DNA of 64,000 nt from Candidatus Fermentibacterota bacterium. Its GTDB lineage: Bacteria; Fermentibacterota; Fermentibacteria; Fermentibacterales; JCC-6. A program made the translations under genes and the position numbers. Position 1 is the stretch's first letter; each line of letters starts with the position of its first letter. Below, in pieces: positions 9,356-18,371 of the stretch. The notes under the pieces are model-generated. The model ran no database searches. It saw nothing but the letters and a program-made list of their open reading frames with translations, and was not told the origin of the DNA. The DNA is taken from NCBI GenBank assembly GCA_963845085.1, contig CAWJQI010000004.1, positions 576,001 to 640,000 of the forward strand, in the 5' to 3' direction.

Positions 9356-10302
9356 CGAACCTTGTAACGGGCGCAGCCGGCTTCATCGGAAGCCGCCTCT
9401 GCGACACGCTTCTCGCCAGGGGTGAGGCGGTGATCGGTGTTGACTGCCTTCGGGACAACTCCGACATCGACTTGAAGCGCAAAAACCTTCTTCGGCTTTC
9501 CGCCCTGCCCGGGTTTTGCTTTTCCGACGGAGACCTTTCCCGGGGCACCGCCTTTCTTGACGGGCTTCTGCCCGCAGGGGAGCAGGTCGTGGTGCATCAC
9601 CTTGCCGCCAGGGCCGGCGTCAGGAATTCATGGGGGGCCGACTTCGCTGCGTACACAAGAGACAATATCACCGCCACCCAGCTTCTTCTGGAATGGGCGG
9701 TGAGGAGGGGCTCGATCAAGCACTTCGTTTTCGCCTCCTCATCATCGGTATACGGTTCGCCAACTGAAATGCCGATGCTTGAGGACGCAACCGTTCCCGT
9801 TCCCCACTCCCCCTACGGCGTCACCAAGCTTGCGGCGGAGAACCTCGTCAGGCTCTACGGAAGCAACCACGGACTGGTCTGGACCGCCCTTCGCTTCTTC
9901 ACGGTCTACGGGCCCGGCCAGAGACCGGACATGGCATTTCACCGGTTCATCAGGAACGCCCTTGCACACCGACCCGTTGAGATTCACGGGGACGGGGGGC
10001 AGACCCGTGACTTCACATATGTCGACGACGTGACACGTGCCATGATACTCGCCGGAGAGACGTCCGGCGGGTACGTGATGAACCTGGGAGGCGGTCAGCG
10101 GGTGTCAGTGAACCAGGTGGTGGGCATCCTGGAAACCATCCTTGATACCCGCATCGCCGTCGAAAGGCTTCCATTCCCCCCAGGCGATGTCCCTGACACC
10201 TGGGCGAGCACGGCGCGGGCCCGCACCCTTCTGGGATGGATCCCGGAGCATACGCTTGCCGAAGGCCTTGCAAGCGAGGTGGAGTGGCTCAGGTCACTTT
10301 GA
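9352..10302 (+). CDS. NAD-dependent epimerase/dehydratase (UDP-glucuronate 4-epimerase-like)
   Basis: TGAAGFIG, HLAARAGVR, ASSSSVYG, YGVTK, RFFTVYGPGQRPDM. Confidence 0.9.
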   Translation: MTNLVTGAAGFIGSRLCDTLLARGEAVIGVDCLRDNSDIDLKRKNLLRLSALPGFCFSDGDLSRGTAFLDGLLPAGEQVVVHHLAARAGVRNSWGADFAAYTRDNITATQLLLEWAVRRGSIKHFVFASSSSVYGSPTEMPMLEDATVPVPHSPYGVTKLAAENLVRLYGSNHGLVWTALRFFTVYGPGQRPDMAFHRFIRNALAHRPVEIHGDGGQTRDFTYVDDVTRAMILAGETSGGYVMNLGGGQRVSVNQVVGILETILDTRIAVERLPFPPGDVPDTWASTARARTLLGWIPEHTLAEGLASEVEWLRSL

Positions 10303-10680
10303 CCGGGCAGTCACCTGAAGATGGACCTCGTTGCTCCAACTGGTAAGATGGTCGTTGTCTTCGGTCTGCACGGCATAATACCAGTGCCCCGCTTGCAGTT
10401 CCTGATCCACGAAGCTTCTGTTGTTGACGTTCTCGGTTGAGAGAAGGATCGTGGCTTCATCGGAATGCTGCTGAACGCCGGCTTCATTGGACCGGTAGAG
10501 CCGGTACCTCAAAAAATCCGTGTCGGGGCACGGAGTCCAGCTCAGCTGGGCCGAATTCCCCCCGACGATCCTGCCCGTAAGCGCTGACGGCCCGGGCGGC
10601 ACGGGGGGTTCGGCGGGGTTGCCCTGCTGGCATGCGACCAGAAGCATCGCAAGAGCAACCAAAACAGGAAGCTTCTTCAC
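10294..10680 (-). CDS. Small lipoprotein with a fibronectin type III-like domain
   Basis: Lipobox LLVAC; LSWT...YRLYRS...YYAVQTED...SNEV pattern; GTG start at 10680 after AAGGGG. Confidence 0.7.
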   Translation of the reverse strand: MKKLPVLVALAMLLVACQQGNPAEPPVPPGPSALTGRIVGGNSAQLSWTPCPDTDFLRYRLYRSNEAGVQQHSDEATILLSTENVNNRSFVDQELQAGHWYYAVQTEDNDHLTSWSNEVHLQVTARSK

Positions 10681-10707
10681 GGCAACCCCTTTCATTGTCA
10701 GGTAAGA

Positions 10708-12282
10708 CTATTCCGCAATGTCGTCAAGGTTCCTGGGCTCAAGCTTGAAGCTGCTGTAGGAGTACCACACAACCCCCGTCATCGACGCGAACTGCTGCCC
10801 CTGCGAAACCGCGAAGCCGTATATGCCCATATCGTCGACTATGCAATCGCCTGAGCCGTCGGTGACGCTGAACTCGCCGTTCCCCATGTCCGGGTTCACT
10901 ACGGTGAGGTTCGCGATCCCGGCCAGAACGCCCTCCCACTGCTCCTGTGAAAGCGAGGCTGTGGTAATGGCATTCGGCTCGGGCACGGCATGCCCCGGTT
11001 CGTCGAAGTCAATGGATGGGTTCGTTATCTCGGTAAGGCCGTAGTACTCGGTTACCGTGCCGGATATGACAACGCTGTCGCCCCTGCCGAGGTTGTCGAG
11101 CACACCGTCATAGCCGAACACCACAAGACCGCTCCACTCGGCGCCTCCATGGTCCTGAATAACGGCATACTGGGCATCGCCGGAAGCGTAGTACTCCGCT
11201 CCGCCCACGGTGACTATCCCGGTGACGCTGACAGCCTGCCCCTCGTACGGGGAGCTCTCCGACTGCCCCTGGACCTGATAGCATGAGAGGACATCGGAAC
11301 CGCCGCCACCGCTTCCCGAAACATCCTGTGCATCACGGGGCTGGATCCGCCATTCGTCGAACTCATAGAACAGCGGACCTGCGGCGGAGATCGTGTCGCC
11401 CACGGCAGGCTCGGTGTAGTCACCCCGGTTGCCCAGGTGGCAGGGACCGCTGCCGTCGTCAATCATGTAGCTGTACTGCGCCGCTTCCTCGACAACGGCA
11501 TCGGTGACCGAAACTACAACCCCTTCCCACTGCTCGTCATTGACTTCGGCTGTCGAAAGGTCTTCGGGGTCGGGAAGGTTCACTCCCGACTTGTGCACGG
11601 TCACATCCTCAAGGTAGCCGAGCTCGGTCATGCCGTAGTACTCGCTGACCTCTCCGCTGACGCTTATGCTGTCGCCTCTGACAAGTGATGATGCCTGGTC
11701 GCCGTAGAGCACAAGACCGCTCCAGGGGCCGCCCCCGGCGTCACACAGCACTGCGAAGCCGCCATAAAGCTCGCCGCCTCCGGCTGTAACGATACCCGTA
11801 ACCCTGACTTCCTGCCCTTCGTAGGGGGAACTGCCCGACTGGCCCTGCACCTGGTAACAGGAGAGCGCATCGCTTCCCCCCCCGCTTCCGGAGTCCGGGA
11901 CGACAACAGGCAACTCGTTGCTCCATGATACAAGGGATTCGCTGTCGGTGGTTCTGACAGCGTAGAACCAGCTTGAATCCCAGGGCAGCCCCTGGTCACT
12001 CGCGGTCACGGTGCCGGACTGGCTTATCACTGCCACGATCGTGGCGGAGGAGGGGTTCTGCGCGATGCCCGCCGTGGCTGAACGAAAGACAGTGTAGTCT
12101 GAAAAATCGCTGTCTTCGCAGGGTGTCCAGCTGAGATTCACCGTGTTCCCCGTGAGCGATGCGGAGAGGGTTGAAGGTGACGGAGGGTTGCCGGTTTCAG
12201 CCGGGTTGTCCTCGTCATCCCCGCACGAGAGGAACAGTGCGATGACTACCAAAGGCAGAACGAGCTTCAAGCTTCTTTTCAT
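10708..12282 (-). CDS. Lipoprotein: FN3-like domain plus two tandem OB-fold-like repeats
   Basis: Lipobox FLSC; FN3 domain similar to the neighbouring gene; two ~190 aa repeats starting LSCYQVQGQSxSSPYEGQxVxVTGIVT and ending in (Q/E)PR. Confidence 0.75.
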   Translation of the reverse strand: MKRSLKLVLPLVVIALFLSCGDDEDNPAETGNPPSPSTLSASLTGNTVNLSWTPCEDSDFSDYTVFRSATAGIAQNPSSATIVAVISQSGTVTASDQGLPWDSSWFYAVRTTDSESLVSWSNELPVVVPDSGSGGGSDALSCYQVQGQSGSSPYEGQEVRVTGIVTAGGGELYGGFAVLCDAGGGPWSGLVLYGDQASSLVRGDSISVSGEVSEYYGMTELGYLEDVTVHKSGVNLPDPEDLSTAEVNDEQWEGVVVSVTDAVVEEAAQYSYMIDDGSGPCHLGNRGDYTEPAVGDTISAAGPLFYEFDEWRIQPRDAQDVSGSGGGGSDVLSCYQVQGQSESSPYEGQAVSVTGIVTVGGAEYYASGDAQYAVIQDHGGAEWSGLVVFGYDGVLDNLGRGDSVVISGTVTEYYGLTEITNPSIDFDEPGHAVPEPNAITTASLSQEQWEGVLAGIANLTVVNPDMGNGEFSVTDGSGDCIVDDMGIYGFAVSQGQQFASMTGVVWYSYSSFKLEPRNLDDIAE

Positions 12283-12285
12283 GTA

Positions 12286-12993
12286 TCATTGCCTCCAAGC
12301 TAATGGAAAATCGACAGCAAGAACCCGGTACCGAAGGTTGGGCCCCTCGAATCCGGGCTCCATCACATTGAAAACTACAAGCAGTGTGTTTCCGCTGAGT
12401 CTTATAACTTTGGCAATCCTGTAGGCGAAGCAGAGTCTGTACTCGTCCGGCGCCTGGCTCTCACGGTAGACAAGCGCCCGGGATCTTCCGTCGGTCATGG
12501 TGAGCTTGGGCAGAACAGGCTCGGGGAACCAGTCGGCGTCGCGCTCGGTGATTCCGGAAGGGAGCTGTTCAAGGACCATCGTGTAGGTGATTCCCGGGTA
12601 CCATGTGTAGAACGACTCCATCGCAAATTCAACCGTGTCGGGAGATACGCCGGCATCGGTGAGCTTGTGGTCGAGAAGGACCTGTCCGCCGTATTCGGAC
12701 ATGATGCCGTAGCGTTGAAGGCTGGCTGCGGCAAGCACCATGGCGCTGTCAACAGCCACCACACCCGAGGAAGATTCCTCAGAGATGAGCACACGATGAA
12801 GCTCGAGAACCCGGTAAGGCGAGGTTGTCATTATCTCCAGCACGGCCCATGGAAACCCGCTGCCGTCCTGAACGCCGAACGAAAGCCAAGCGGCATGGGA
12901 GCGGCTTCGAGAAGCTCCGAGGTATCTGAACGAAGCCGAATCGACGGCAAGCAGGGAAGCCGCCAAAAACACTGCTAAAACCAGAGCCCTCAT
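12286..12993 (-). CDS. DUF2259 family secreted protein
   Basis: Signal peptide MRALVLAVFLAASLLA after GGAGGG; FGVQDGSGFPWA and GFEGPNLRY motifs. Confidence 0.7.
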   Translation of the reverse strand: MRALVLAVFLAASLLAVDSASFRYLGASRSRSHAAWLSFGVQDGSGFPWAVLEIMTTSPYRVLELHRVLISEESSSGVVAVDSAMVLAAASLQRYGIMSEYGGQVLLDHKLTDAGVSPDTVEFAMESFYTWYPGITYTMVLEQLPSGITERDADWFPEPVLPKLTMTDGRSRALVYRESQAPDEYRLCFAYRIAKVIRLSGNTLLVVFNVMEPGFEGPNLRYRVLAVDFPLAWRQ

Positions 12994-13007
12994 CAATCCC
13001 TCCCGGG

Positions 13008-13035
13008 TTGTCCGAACAAAGCAATATGCTATGAT
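13008..13035 (+). promoter_or_regulatory. Putative sigma70 promoter
   Basis: TTGTCC-N16-TATGAT with an extended TG, upstream of the DUF5343 gene. Confidence 0.4.
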
Positions 13036-13070
13036 AATGCAACTTGGTGGAAGCATGGAAAGGGGTGCAA

Positions 13071-13691
13071 GTGAACATTATCCCGGCTGTGAGAGAACCC
13101 GCCAGCATCGCACCATTCTTCAAGGCGCTCGCCCAGACAACCGTTCCGGGCAAGGTTGACGCCAATTTCATGGCTGGCATCGGTTTCAGAAGGCAGACAG
13201 ATGTCAAGCTTCTTGAACTCCTTCACCATCTCGGTTTCATGGACAACTTGTTCCAGCCGACAACGGTATGGAAGAGCTACTTCGCCGCACCCGACGAAGA
13301 GGGCAAGATGGCCGTTCTCGGCGCCGCCGTGGCTGAAAAGTATTCGGGCGCTCTCAGGATAGGGGGAGGCGACGACCCTTCCCGACTGAGCGGCAAGGCG
13401 GTGATGGCGTACTTCAAGACCGAGACCGGGGCCAGCGACACCGAAACCGCATACATGGCCCTCACCCTTCAGATCCTTATGGACCTTGTAAAAATGCCTG
13501 CAGCTGCGCCATCAAAAACGCCCTCAGGGCATCCGGCGCTTCCCGATGCCGCTGAAACCGTTTCGATTCCGGAAATGAAAGCTGCTGAAGGGCCGATCAC
13601 GCTCACCCTGAACATCACCCTTGATCCCGCAGCCGACCCTGAACTTCACACCCTGATCAAACTGGTGCTCGAGAAAACCCTCGGAAAATGA
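13071..13691 (+). CDS. DUF5343-like protein
   Basis: FFKALAQTTVPGKVDANF...LGFMD...PT..WKSY pattern; C-terminal LTLNITL. Confidence 0.6.
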   Translation: MNIIPAVREPASIAPFFKALAQTTVPGKVDANFMAGIGFRRQTDVKLLELLHHLGFMDNLFQPTTVWKSYFAAPDEEGKMAVLGAAVAEKYSGALRIGGGDDPSRLSGKAVMAYFKTETGASDTETAYMALTLQILMDLVKMPAAAPSKTPSGHPALPDAAETVSIPEMKAAEGPITLTLNITLDPAADPELHTLIKLVLEKTLGK

Positions 13692-14500
13692 ACTTCGCCC
13701 AGGCCGCACCCATCTTCGGCATAGCCTTCGTATGCGAATTCATCGACAGCACGCTCGGAATGGGCTACGGTACAACACTCACCCCCATTCTTCTTCTCAT
13801 GGGTTTCACCCCTGTGCAGATTGTGCCCGCGGTGCTGCTCTCCGAGCTTGTCACGGGCGGATTCGCCGCCTTCATGCACCATCGGGCCGGAAACGCATTT
13901 TTTGATTTCAGGAACACACCCGAACACCGGGTCGTGAAGGCCATGGGGAAGCTTGGTTACATCCCCAGGTCCATGGATGCCCGCATCGCATGGGTTCTCG
14001 GGCTGTGCAGCCTGGCGGGCGCAGTCGGAGCGGCGTTCCTCGCCCTCTCCATCTCCGCCTTCCACCTCAAGCTGGCGATCGGAGTCATCGTTACCGGAAT
14101 GGGAGTGCTCATCCTGGCCCGGCGTCACGCTGTTCCCGCTTTCAGCTGGAAGCGGATCACCGGGCTCGGGGTGGTGGCGGCGTTCAACAAGGGTCTTTCG
14201 GGTGGCGGTTACGGCCCGCTGGTCACAAGCGGTCAGATCCTCAGCGGTGTTGCCACAAAGAGCGCGATAGCGATAACAAGCATGGCGGAGAGCTTCACCT
14301 GTCTTGTGGGGGTGCTTGCCTACCTGTTCACGGGTGCTGAGATAGACTGGGTCGCAGCGCCTGTCCTCACACTCGGAGCGGTGTGCAGCGTTCCGTTCAG
14401 CGCAATGGCCGTCAGGCGCATGAAGCTCGGGGGGTTCACCCTGCTCGTCGGTGCGGGCACTCTCGTGCTCGGGCTGTTCACCCTCTACAAGCTATTGTAG
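13688..14500 (+). CDS. TauE/SafE (TSUP) family sulfite exporter
   Basis: FIDSTLGMGYGT and SGGGYGP motifs; about 8 hydrophobic helices. Confidence 0.85.
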   Translation: MNFAQAAPIFGIAFVCEFIDSTLGMGYGTTLTPILLLMGFTPVQIVPAVLLSELVTGGFAAFMHHRAGNAFFDFRNTPEHRVVKAMGKLGYIPRSMDARIAWVLGLCSLAGAVGAAFLALSISAFHLKLAIGVIVTGMGVLILARRHAVPAFSWKRITGLGVVAAFNKGLSGGGYGPLVTSGQILSGVATKSAIAITSMAESFTCLVGVLAYLFTGAEIDWVAAPVLTLGAVCSVPFSAMAVRRMKLGGFTLLVGAGTLVLGLFTLYKLL

Positions 14501-14601
14501 ACACAAACCACCAGATCTGCCCATTTCTGGAAAAACATCTCTGATTGTTATCGTGAAGGACACCCTGTATATTTTTTACCACGCTTGCGAGAGGACGTAG
14601 T

Positions 14602-15039
14602 ATGGGGCTTTTCACAATAGGATACGAAGGAAAAAGCCTGGATGCGTTTATCAATGTCCTCAAGGGAAACGAGATAGAATTGCTTGTTGATGTCAGGCGC
14701 AATCCTGTCTCGAGAAAACCTGGGTTTTCCAAGAACTGCATGAAGGCTCGTCTGGAGTCCGAAGGTATTGAATATGTTCATATGCCTGCACTTGGCATTG
14801 AAACAGCTCGAAGGCAGAGTCTCAAAACCAATCTGGATTATGAATCGCTTTTCGAATGGTATGAAGATGAGATTTTGGCCAGAGAGGGCACCACGATTGA
14901 AAGGCTCGTCAGCTTTTTATCCATCTATCAGAATGTGGCTCTCACATGCTATGAATCAGATCCGGCCATGTGCCACAGATCGCGGGTATCCAAACGGATC
15001 GAACATCTAAAGCAGGGGGTTATCCCTGTCCATCTCTGA
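14602..15039 (+). CDS. DUF488 family protein
   Basis: FTIGYEG, LVDVRRNPVSRKPGFSK, YVHMPALG, LTCYESDPAMCHRS. Confidence 0.9.
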   Translation: MGLFTIGYEGKSLDAFINVLKGNEIELLVDVRRNPVSRKPGFSKNCMKARLESEGIEYVHMPALGIETARRQSLKTNLDYESLFEWYEDEILAREGTTIERLVSFLSIYQNVALTCYESDPAMCHRSRVSKRIEHLKQGVIPVHL

Positions 15040-15877
15040 TGGCTTTTCGAGATCGCCAAACCGCATTCCAGATGCGGAAGTCATCATAACAGTAAAAACA
15101 TACCCACAGCCAAACACCTCTCACGGTGAAATAGTCTGCATGGCTGGCGTCATGCCTGATGGATCATGGGTCAGGATCCATCCAATTCCCTACAGGGCTT
15201 CGGAGTACAGAAATCTTAGGAAGTACAGCAGGATTCGTATCAGTTTGAAACGGAAGACCACCGATTTCCGTCCTGAGACATTCAAGCCTGATAGTGCACC
15301 GACCCTCTTGGGTTGGATAAGTACGGCTAATGGATGGAAAAAACGACGTGATATTGTATTAAATCACGTATACACTTCATTCGCCAGATTGCTTGAGGAT
15401 TCAAGCAGTGATAGACGGGTATCTCTTGCCGTAATAAAACCAACACAGGTGACAGGATTCGAATATGAGGCTGATGAGAGGGAATGGCCCGAGGCTTGGC
15501 TTCATAGGAACAGGCAGTTGGACCTGTTTCGGACCGAGGAAGATATCAAAACAATCAGAAAAGTTCCTTACAATTTCTATTACAGGTTTACGACAGAGTC
15601 AGACCCAAACCCTCACCGCATAATGGTTACTGACTGGGAAATAGGAGCACTGTACTGGAACTGCATGAAAACTACCAATGATGATGAAAAACAGGCTTTG
15701 CAGATGGTCAGACAGAAATACTTCTGTGAATTCACGGAAAGCAAAGACCTGTATTTCATAATGGGTTCACACTTCGTTCACCATGCAAAAGGATATCCCA
15801 ACCCGTTCATGATTGTCGGTGTATTTTATCCTCCCCGGGATCGTTTGGATGTTTCCCAACTCAATCTTGGATTATGA
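15026..15877 (+). CDS. DUF488-associated hypothetical protein (ITVKTYP...C.AG N-terminus); start uncertain (CTG 15026; first ATG 15140)
   Basis: Frame is open from 15011; EVIITVKTYPQP...EIVCMAG lies upstream of the first ATG; WVRIHPIPY, DFRPETFK, DWEIGALYWNC, FMIVGVFYPP; QLDLF motif. Confidence 0.7.
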   Translation: MSISDGFSRSPNRIPDAEVIITVKTYPQPNTSHGEIVCMAGVMPDGSWVRIHPIPYRASEYRNLRKYSRIRISLKRKTTDFRPETFKPDSAPTLLGWISTANGWKKRRDIVLNHVYTSFARLLEDSSSDRRVSLAVIKPTQVTGFEYEADEREWPEAWLHRNRQLDLFRTEEDIKTIRKVPYNFYYRFTTESDPNPHRIMVTDWEIGALYWNCMKTTNDDEKQALQMVRQKYFCEFTESKDLYFIMGSHFVHHAKGYPNPFMIVGVFYPPRDRLDVSQLNLGL

Positions 15878-15931
15878 TCTACCAAAGCATGGATAATCAT
15901 TGCTCAATCTGAAGACATAGCCGATCCAGTA

Positions 15932-18358
15932 CTACTCCTCCTTCGACAGAACCAACTGCTCGCCTTCAACACTTACCGACCATTCGCCGCCTTCGACCCA
16001 GAGGATGCGCTCTGCCCTGGTGACGGCCAGAAGATCGGCTTCAAACGGCTCAAGGGCCTTCAGGTCTTCCGCGGAGGCAGTGACCGTAATGATGCCCAGG
16101 GCCGTGGCCATCGAAAGGTTGTTCGAGCTCTTGAAACGCCTGGCTTCCTCGATTATCGAAAGGGCCGTCTCCCCGTATGAAAGCGCGTCACGGTCGGGTT
16201 CACCCGGTTCGGGCCACGGTGCGATGTGTATGCTTACGTGTTTTTCATGCTGCCTGAAGACCAGGTTGAAAAGCTCGTCGGTGATATGGACCATTACCGG
16301 TGCAAAAAGCCTTAGGACGCCGTAAAGCGCTTGGTAGAGGGCGTGCTGGGCAGCCCTTCTCGCGAGGGGTTCTTCCCCGTAGAGCCTGTGCTTGACAATC
16401 TCGAGGTAGTTGTCGCAAAGGGCTTTCCAGAAGAAGGTCTCGGCCTCGGCGGTGCACGACGAGTACTCGTACTCCTCCATGCCAGCCGTTGCCCTGGATA
16501 CCGTCTCGCTGAGCCTTGCCAGAATCCATCTGTCAAAGGGATGCAGCTCGGGTGCGGGGCCGGGCACGAAGTCCTCGAGGTGCCCTGCGGCAAAACGTGC
16601 CGCGTTCCAGAGCTTCGTTACAAGCCTTCTTCCCTCGCCGAGGACGTCCTCACTGAACACCACATCGGTGCCGAGCCTGCTTGAACAAGCCCAGTAGCGA
16701 AGCTCATCGGCACTGTAGACTTCAAGGGCCGCAAGCGGATCGCCCGCAACATTGCCCTTGCTCTTCGACATCTTCTCCCGGTTGGGATTGAGGGCGTGGC
16801 CGGAGATCATCACGGTCTTCCAGGGGATCTCCCCGTTGTGAAGATGCGCCTTGACTATCGAGTAGAACGCCCATGTTCTGATGATGTCGTGCGCCTGGGG
16901 GCGAAGGCTCATTGGAAGCCCGATCTCCCTCTGGTCATCCTCACGCCATTTCATGTTGATCTGCGGGGTGAGGCTGCTGGTGGCCCACGTATCCATCACA
17001 TCCGTTTCCGGAAGGAAGTTCGTGCAGCCGCACTCGGGGCACGGGTCCTCGGGTGAATCGGCAAGCGGATCTACGGGAAGCTGCTCGGGTCTCGCAAAAA
17101 CGGGTTTCCCGCACCCCGCGCAATACCAGACCGGGAAGGGCACGCCGAAATACCGCTGCCTCGAGATGCACCAGTCCCACTTCAGGTTCGTGACCCAGTG
17201 GTCGTACCTCACGCGGAAGTGAGAGGGGTGCCAACTGACCTCCCTGCCCCTTTCCAGAAGCCTGTCCTTTATGTCGAGAATCCTGATGAACCACTGCTCG
17301 TTCACCAGATACTCGAGGGGCGTCCCGCACCTTTCGTGAACATTCACGGGGTGGGAAATGTCATGCCCGCCCTTCGCGTAGCCTTCCTCACGGAGCCTCT
17401 CAACCAGGGCCTGTCTTGCCTTTTTCCAGAACATCCCCTGAAGAAAGCCGGATTTCTCGTTCATGTGGCCCCGCTTGTCCAGAACGATGCGGAGCTCGAG
17501 GCCGTAATCCTGCCACCACTGGATGTCGGTGGTGTCCCCAAAGGTGCAGCACATGACGGCTCCCGAGCCCTTGTCCATGTTGACGGCAGGATCGGAGAGG
17601 ATCGTCACCTCACGGCCGAACAGCGGAACAACGGCCTTTTTGCCCTTCAGATGCTTCCAGCGCACATCGCCGGGATTGACGAACACGGCAACGCACGCCG
17701 GCAGGAGCTCCGGCCTGGTGGTGGCGATGGGAACAACTCCCGAACCGTCTGCCAGGCGGAACTCAATGTCGTGAAAGAAGCCCGGAAGCTCCTTGTCTTC
17801 GGTTTCTGCCTGGGCCACAGCCGTGCCGCATTCAGGGCACCATAGCGTGGGGGATTCCCTGCGGTAGACCCTGTTCTTCTCCACAAGCTCGAGGAAGGAG
17901 CGCTGGCTGAGCCTCTGCACCCAGGGGTCGATCGTCGTATAAAGAAGGTTCCAGTCACAGCTGAAGCCGAACCGGGTCCAGAGGTCCTTGAACTGCGCCT
18001 CGGCGTCGGCGGTGACCTCAAGGCAAAGCTTCACGAAGTCCGCCCGGGACATTTCCGTGGCCTTCACGCCCTTCGTCTTCTCTGTGAACCGTTCACTGGG
18101 AAGCCCGTTGTCATCGAAGCAGAAGGGGTAGAAAACCTGATCCCCCCTCATCCTGCGGTAGCGTGCGATCACCTCGGCCTGCACGTAGCTGAACACATGA
18201 CCCATGTGGATCATGCCGCTCACGGTCGGCGGAGGTGTGTCTATCGAAAAAACACTTCGCCCGTCGCCCGGAGTGAACTTGAAAATACCGGCCTCAGACC
18301 ACGACTTCTGAAGCCTGGTCTCGACCTCGCGGGGATCGTACCTTTTCGGCAGGGACAT
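15932..18358 (-). CDS. valS: Valine--tRNA ligase (type 2, archaeal-like)
   Basis: DTPPPTVSG, HMGH, DWCISRQR, RPQAHDIIRTW, KMSKS. Confidence 0.95.
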   Translation of the reverse strand: MSLPKRYDPREVETRLQKSWSEAGIFKFTPGDGRSVFSIDTPPPTVSGMIHMGHVFSYVQAEVIARYRRMRGDQVFYPFCFDDNGLPSERFTEKTKGVKATEMSRADFVKLCLEVTADAEAQFKDLWTRFGFSCDWNLLYTTIDPWVQRLSQRSFLELVEKNRVYRRESPTLWCPECGTAVAQAETEDKELPGFFHDIEFRLADGSGVVPIATTRPELLPACVAVFVNPGDVRWKHLKGKKAVVPLFGREVTILSDPAVNMDKGSGAVMCCTFGDTTDIQWWQDYGLELRIVLDKRGHMNEKSGFLQGMFWKKARQALVERLREEGYAKGGHDISHPVNVHERCGTPLEYLVNEQWFIRILDIKDRLLERGREVSWHPSHFRVRYDHWVTNLKWDWCISRQRYFGVPFPVWYCAGCGKPVFARPEQLPVDPLADSPEDPCPECGCTNFLPETDVMDTWATSSLTPQINMKWREDDQREIGLPMSLRPQAHDIIRTWAFYSIVKAHLHNGEIPWKTVMISGHALNPNREKMSKSKGNVAGDPLAALEVYSADELRYWACSSRLGTDVVFSEDVLGEGRRLVTKLWNAARFAAGHLEDFVPGPAPELHPFDRWILARLSETVSRATAGMEEYEYSSCTAEAETFFWKALCDNYLEIVKHRLYGEEPLARRAAQHALYQALYGVLRLFAPVMVHITDELFNLVFRQHEKHVSIHIAPWPEPGEPDRDALSYGETALSIIEEARRFKSSNNLSMATALGIITVTASAEDLKALEPFEADLLAVTRAERILWVEGGEWSVSVEGEQLVLSKEE

Positions 18359-18371
18359 GCCGGGGTTCCTC

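Larger units (their letters stand above)
14501..15931. other. AT-rich two-gene islet (likely horizontally acquired)
   Basis: Line 15541-15600 has 19/60 G+C versus 42/60 for 14161-14220; lies between the tauE and valS 3' ends; no integrase. Confidence 0.65.
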
